DNA of 30,537 bases from Tubiluchus corallicola. Taxonomy: Eukaryota > Animalia > Priapulida. The translations under genes and the position numbers were made by a program. Location: assembly GCA_030141605.1 (NCBI GenBank), contig JAQGDQ010001667.1:1-30537 (forward strand), given 5' to 3'. Under the pieces are notes generated by a model, which saw only the letters and a program-made list of their open reading frames with translations, was not told the DNA's origin and searched no databases. Below are positions 25,215 to 30,537 of this stretch, one piece after another. The stretch's first letter is position 1, and each line of letters opens with the position of its first letter.

Positions 25215-25354
25215 TATATGTAAGTTTTAATTGGAAAATAAAGATTTTATATAACCGTGTGTCTATCTAAGATGATGAGGATAACCAGACCGGGATTTGA
25301 ACTCATGAACCCTAGCTTAATGAACTACAATATAACCTAATTAGACGAACTTAC

Positions 25355-25419
25355 TAGGCAGGTAATTAGTAAGTTTGTTCAAGCTCCGGCAGGCGACTTT
25401 ATCTGCGACACCTGGTGTC
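25355..25419 (-). CDS. Short linker exon of the minus-strand ZP-N/Cys-rich gene
   Basis: Acceptor tttaatttctttcAG|G and donor A|GTAAGT. 65 bp. The only open frame is phase 2 to phase 1 (TPGVADKVACRSLNKLTNYLP), exactly the phases needed to join the flanking exons. Confidence 0.7.
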
Positions 25420-25655
25420 CTGAAAGAAATTAAAAAATTCTTGTTGAAGAAGACTGTTCATTTCAGACTTGCGGTGCACGTTTTTACAAGGCCTCACACA
25501 AGCTAACCACTTTCACACTCACATTAATCTATAGATGTCTTAACACGTTTTCTTCTGCTCCACACAAGTTCATACATCAGCACAGACCCCTGTATTTCTT
25601 ATTTCTCTTGCGGTTGAAAATCTTGAAACATTTCTTCATTGTCTGCTTGAACTTA

Positions 25656-25752
25656 AGTGAGTGAGTGAGTGAGTGAGTGAGTGAGTGACTGAGTGAGTGA
25701 CTGAGTGAGTGAGTGGGTGAGTGAGTGAGTGAGTGAGTGAGTAAGTAGGTAG

Positions 25753-25813
<61 letters not shown>

Positions 25814-25852
25814 CAAGTAAGCAAGTAAGCAAGTAAACAAGTAAGTAAGTAA
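25656..25852. repeat. (GAGT)n/(AAGT)n tetranucleotide microsatellite, probably a retroposon tail
   Basis: On the minus strand it directly follows GGAAATAAAGATG, as the tails of the other LINE 3' ends here do. Confidence 0.9.
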
Positions 25853-26283
25853 CATCTTTATTTCCCATAATAATATTGAGAATCATAACAAAATATTAAG
25901 ATAACTCATTAACCAAAGTTAAATGAATTCAGTATTAGTGTGCAAGTTGTCATATTGGTAAGATGGATATTCAAATCTTGACATCATTAATACATTTGAT
26001 TTTAAAAGCCGTTAGTGATTTAATACGTTTCTTATTTATTTATTAATTAACTTAGGTTTAGTTGACACATCTTTAAGTGCCTTCAGAATTTTTCTACATT
26101 TTTAGATGCTTTTTGTTTTATTTAATGATTGCTATAAGTCAAGCCTGTGCCTTTTAAGATAATTTCATACGTCTAAATATGTTCTTATGTTTGTTGTTAC
26201 GTAAAAATACGTGTAAAAATGTGATTAAAATATAAGAAATAGGCAAATCAAGTTAGTAGCTGTTGATTAAAGACGAATAATTG

Positions 26284-26910
26284 TTAAAGCAAAACCGGAC
26301 CCAGTCTTAAGCTATAGGTATAACAATCTACTCTTTATAAATTCTTAAAGGAAACAAACTATTTTTTCAAGAATGACATACATGAAAGAATTATTACCAC
26401 ACAAACACAATTTTACGTTCGCACCACTAGTTCTTCGCTGTTGCATGCATTTCGCCATTCGTTAGTTAGACGGGCACTATAGCGTAATGCATTTAGGAAA
26501 CACTTTGCACAAAAACAGTTGCTGTACCTCTCATTTCAGATGTGTTGGTTTGTGACGAACTTCACACGTTCAACAGCTCATGCATGAGCACAGTGGTAAA
26601 TTTGAAATTTGAATTTTTATCTTAAAACTTGCCTAGTTTTAGTACAACACACTGAATATCTTACAGTAGCACTGTACTTCAATTTTCGCTTTCGCAAACT
26701 CGTTCAACACGCTCGTGGAATTTTTGCTGTTAAAAATTATGTTAGTTTGTGATGTCAGTAATAGTTAGGCTTGCCTGCCGTTAATTAAGTTTTTAATCTA
26801 TTATTTAATTATCAGAAACGCTTTAACAGTATAAATTGTGTTAAAATGTTTACTTTTCATTGGAGTTCAAGACGGGGTAGCATAAGAGAAATCATCCTGT
26901 CTTCTTTGAA
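26284..26910 (+). mobile_element. Family B TTAA MITE, full-length reference copy (intronic)
   Basis: TTAA|AGCAAAACCGGAC ... ATCCTGTCTTCTTTGAA (right end degraded). Four further partial copies occur in the window. Confidence 0.85.
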
Positions 26911-26984
26911 GTAAATGAGAAAGTAATGGTAAATTGCTGAGTTTCTTATTATTTATTTATTTATTTATTTATTTATTAACTTAC

Positions 26985-27145
26985 ATTTTCATGTGATTAT
27001 ATTCTTCAGCTGTCACTGCACAAGTAACTATGTAATGTCTGTTAATGATGCTGCCATCTATCGTCGTCGCTGTCAAGTAAATATAATTTTGATAGACGTT
27101 GTAGTAATTCCACGTTAAAGCAAAAGTGTGCGGTTCAACAACAGT
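26985..27145 (-). CDS. Internal coding exon, C-terminal half of a ZP-N-like domain
   Basis: Minus-strand acceptor ttatcgtattttcAG|ACT and donor AT|GTAAGT. 161 bp, phase 0 to phase 2: TVVEPHTFALTWNYYNVYQNYIYLTATTIDGSIINRHYIVTCAVTAEEYNHMK(M). YxNxI followed by IIxR...C matches the second half of ZP-N. Confidence 0.75.
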
Positions 27146-27269
27146 CTGAAAATACGATAAAATAACGATATAATAAGATGAAGGCATTTATATCAGATAA
27201 AATAAATTTTTGTCAAATAAAAGTTACCCAAAGTTCATGTCTATGTTCATAAATAGACTGTCACTAGCA

Positions 27270-27757
27270 GCATAATTTACTGTATCAATTTCTTTTCTAC
27301 AGGTCTGCTTATTCATTACCTATTTGGCTTTTTGTAAAGACATAATTAGTGCATAATTTACTGTATCAATTTCTTTTCTACTGATCTGTTTATTCATTAC
27401 CTATTTGGCTTTTGTAAATACATAATTAGTGCATAATTTACTGTATCAATTTCTTTTCTACTGGTCTGTTTATTCATTATCTATTTGGCTTCTGTTAAAT
27501 ACATAATTAGTGCATAATTTACTGTATCAATTTCTTTTCTACTGGTCTGTTTATTCATTACCTATTTGGCTTCTGTTAAATACATAATTAGTGCGTAATT
27601 TACTGTATCAATTTCTTTTCTACTGGTCTGCTTATTCATTACCTATTTGGTTTTTTGTAAATATATAATTAGCGCTTAAGTTGCTGTATCAACTTCCTGA
27701 CTCTTCTGTTTATTCATTAGCTATTTGGCTTCTGTCAATTACTTAATTAGTGCATAA
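27270..27757. repeat. 80-81-bp minisatellite, about 6 copies
   Basis: GC(A/G)TAATTTACTGTATCAATTTC at 27270, 27351, 27431, 27512 and 27593. The last copy is diverged. Confidence 0.95.
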
Positions 27758-27987
27758 AGTAAAGTTTTTAATAAAGTTGTGTTGTTTATAAACTATGAAA
27801 AATGATCTTAAGTCTCTATAACTTAAATTTCAAAACTGAGTAGATTAATTTTAAATTTTGCTGGGTTTTAGTTTACAATTCTAATATAATCTGCTACTGT
27901 GAAACTCATAAGATGAAATAATATTCAGTGAGGAAGCAGAACTATCACGTTTGCAGATATATTTCATGTATTTCACTTTGTTTAAAG

Positions 27988-28169
27988 GTATCAAGTCCAG
28001 TTGTAATATTATGTGCAAGACGCTAGATGTCGCCATCACGTTGAATTATGGGATTAAATCTGCATCCCTCCAAGCGCAACGACCCGAATGTTCAGCCTGG
28101 ATAGATGGTCAAAAAGCACTAGGATTCGTGGCTATTCCTTTCCATACCTGTGGGACGGTAGAAAGAACG
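27988..28169 (+). CDS. Internal coding exon, N-terminal half of a ZP-N (zona pellucida N-terminal)-like domain
   Basis: Acceptor tttcactttgtttaaAG|GT and donor ACG|GTAAGC. 182 bp, phase 1 to phase 0, no stops: xIKSSCNIMCKTLDVAITLNYGIKSASLQAQRPECSAWIDGQKALGFVAIPFHTCGTVERT. The C...C...(hydrophobic)-I-P-F-x-x-C-G-T pattern is the classic ZP-N first-half motif. Confidence 0.75.
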
Positions 28170-28189
28170 GTAAGCCTGCAAACGGCAAC

Positions 28190-28734
28190 TTAAAGAAAAG
28201 CCTGACGATTGTTTAGACTCAATCTCATTTTCATTTACGGTCCAAAATATACATTTTCTTGCCTATAAAAGTTAGCAATTGTTTCTTGCCTTGGAAAAAT
28301 TGCCTTGGAAGGTTAATTAAGGGCAACCGAACACAGCTATCGTTACTTCACTGTCGTCACAAACTAATCACAGTTTGTGCAATGGCAGGCATCTTCCCTG
28401 CTCGTCAAACACGTTTACGTAAGCGAAGATTGCTATAAGACACTGATGCGATGTTACGAAAATGACCTCTACCTCACACTTACGTCACATAGACACTGCA
28501 GTTCATGATCATGCTATCACGGTACAGCGCCTATTTGTCGGCCATGCGAATGTCACAAAAAGCGCCATTGCCAGTGTTAGTGGATACGCATAGCTTTGAA
28601 AGTATAACAAAATTTACTATTCGACGTAATTATTTTTTAATCTAAGTTTTGATTTAAAAAAGTTGTAGTTTCAATATTTTAGAACATACTTTATTTTGAA
28701 CTAATGTCTACACAATCGTCCTGTTTTCCTTTAA
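28190..28734 (+). mobile_element. Family A TTAA MITE, complete (Kolobok/T2-MITE-like)
   Basis: TTAA|AGAAAAGCCTGACGATTGTTTAGAC ... GTCTACACAATCGTCCTGTTTTCCT|TTAA: imperfect TIRs of about 25 bp with TTAA on both sides. Confidence 0.9.
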
Positions 28735-28862
28735 ATTATTATGATCTGACAAAACGAAAGGCAGAAAATGAGAACATTGTTGTTATTTTTCAGCGGTTTC
28801 CTATAGCTTAATTAACATAGTTTAATTAACATAAAGAAGGTTAGTTAACACAAGAGTGAAAT

Positions 28863-29085
28863 CAATGACGTCTGTACAGAAAGGTGTTGGGCATGAAATG
28901 ACCTAAGAAAATCTCAAATCGAGATCAAGATCTGTATGATTTCACAAAGAAAAAGGAATGGAGTGATGGTATACAGAAACGACGGCTTAGATGGACTGAA
29001 CATGTCATCAGATTACTACAGGATTCTCCACTTACTACAGCATCACATCAAGCACTAATACCTGGGAGGAAACCAAGAGGAGGAC
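28863..29085 (+). pseudogene. RTE-clade LINE ORF2 C-terminal remnant
   Basis: One frame reads Q*RLYRKVLGMK*PKKISNRDQDLYDFTKKKEWSDGIQKRRLRWTEHVIRLLQDSPLTTASHQALIPGRKPRGG. This matches the RTE motifs LRxILGxxWxxxISN, RRLRWxGHVxR and GxRxRGRP. It has two in-frame TGA codons. Confidence 0.85.
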
Positions 29086-30537
29086 TTCTGGATTGGACCT
29101 GTCATCAGATTACCACAAGATTCTCCACTTACTACAGCATCACATCAAGCACTAATACCTGGGAGGAAACCAAGAGGAGGACATCCGGATTGGACATGTC
29201 ATCAGATTACCACAGGATTCTCCACTTACTACAGCATCACATCAAGCACTAACACCTGGGAGGAAACCAAGAGGAGGACATCCGGATTGGACATGTCATC
29301 AGATTACTACAGGATTCTCCACTTACTACAGCATCACATCAAGCACTAATACCTGGGAGGAAACCAAGAGGAGGACATCCGGATTGGACATGTCATCAGA
29401 TTACCACAGGATTCTCCACTTACTACAGCATTACATCAAGCACTAATATCTGAGAGGAAACCAAGAGGAGGACATCCGGATTGGACATGTCATCAGATTA
29501 CCACAGGATTCTCCACTTACTACAGCGTTACATCAAGCACTAATACCTGGGAGGAAACCAAGAGGAGGACTTCCGGATTGGACATGTCATCAGATTACCA
29601 CAGGATTCTCCACTTACTACAGCATTACATCAAGCACTAATACCTGGGAGGAAACCAAGAGGAGGACATCCGGATTGGACATGTCATCAGATTACCACAG
29701 GATTCTCCACTTACTACAGCATTACATCAAGCACTAATACCTGGGAGGAAACCAAGAGGAGGACATCCGGATTGGACATGTCATCAGATTACCACAAGAT
29801 TCTCCACTTACTACAGCATCACATCAAGCACTAATACCTGGGAGGAAACCAAGAGGAGGACATCCGGATTGGACATGTCATCAGATTACCACAGGATTCT
29901 CCACTTACTACAGCATTACATCAAGCACTAATACCTGGGAGGAAACCAAGAGGAGGACTTCCGGATTGGACATGTCATCAGATTACCACAGGATTCTCCA
30001 CTTACTACAGCATTACATCAAGCACTAATACCTGAGAGGAAACCAAGAGGAGGACTTCCGGATTGGACATGTCATCAGATTACCACAGGATTCTCCACTT
30101 ACTACAGCATTACATCAAGCACTAATACCTGAGAGGAAACCAAGAGGAGGACTTCCGGATTGGACATGTCATCAGATTACCACAGGATTCTCCACTTACT
30201 ACAGCATCACATCAAATACTAATACCTGGGAGGAAACCAAGAGGAGGACTTCCGGATTGGACATGTCATCAGATTACCACAGGATTCTCCACTTACTACA
30301 GCATCACATCAAATACTAATACCTGGGAGGAAACCAAGAGGAGGACTTCCGGATTGGACATGTCATCAGATTACCACAGGATTCTCCACTTACTACAGCA
30401 TCACATCAAATACTAATCTAAGAGGAAAACAAGAGGAGGACTTCCGGATTTGACATGTCATCAGATTACCACAGGATTCTCCACTTACTACAGCATTACA
30501 TCAAGCACTAATACCTGAGAGGAAACCAAGAGGAGGA
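28993..30537. repeat. 97-bp minisatellite, about 16 copies, running off the window end
   Basis: GGACATGTCATCAG anchors 97 bp apart (29192, 29289 and onward). Confidence 0.98.

Noticed and set aside
25285-25347. tRNA gene on the minus strand (B-box-like GAGTTCAAATCCC)
   Set aside because: I could not build a cloverleaf. At most it is a decayed SINE head.
27270-27757. Hydrophobic signal-peptide-like translation of the 81-bp unit (FTVSISFLLVCLFITYLASV)
   Set aside because: There is no ATG and stops recur between units. T-rich DNA gives hydrophobic translations by default.

Overview
AT-rich, repeat-dense eukaryotic DNA, most likely from an invertebrate animal. It is not prokaryotic, and nearly all ORF-track entries are translations of micro/minisatellites. 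The window contains about 10 microsatellites and about 10 minisatellite arrays (35-154 bp units). It also holds at least three families of TTAA-flanked non-autonomous DNA transposons (Kolobok/T2-MITE-like), one Tigger/pogo-like MITE and several decayed LINE fragments. Between the repeats is a spliced gene that the ORF track mostly misses: four phase-compatible GT-AG exons on the minus strand (27145-26985, 25419-25355, 21888-21781, 20993-20821). They encode the C-terminal half of a ZP-N-like domain followed by small Cys-rich (EB/EGF-like) modules. The exon encoding the matching N-terminal half of that ZP-N domain (27988-28169) has intact splice sites and the right phase but lies on the opposite (+) strand. 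This implies an exon inversion, an inverted duplication, an assembly artefact or opposite-strand trans-splicing. A second theme is that several tandem arrays were born from transposon parts: a MITE terminus (72-mer), a probable MITE interior (52-mer) and RTE LINE coding sequence (97-mer). Domain and family names come from motif recognition by eye, not database searches.
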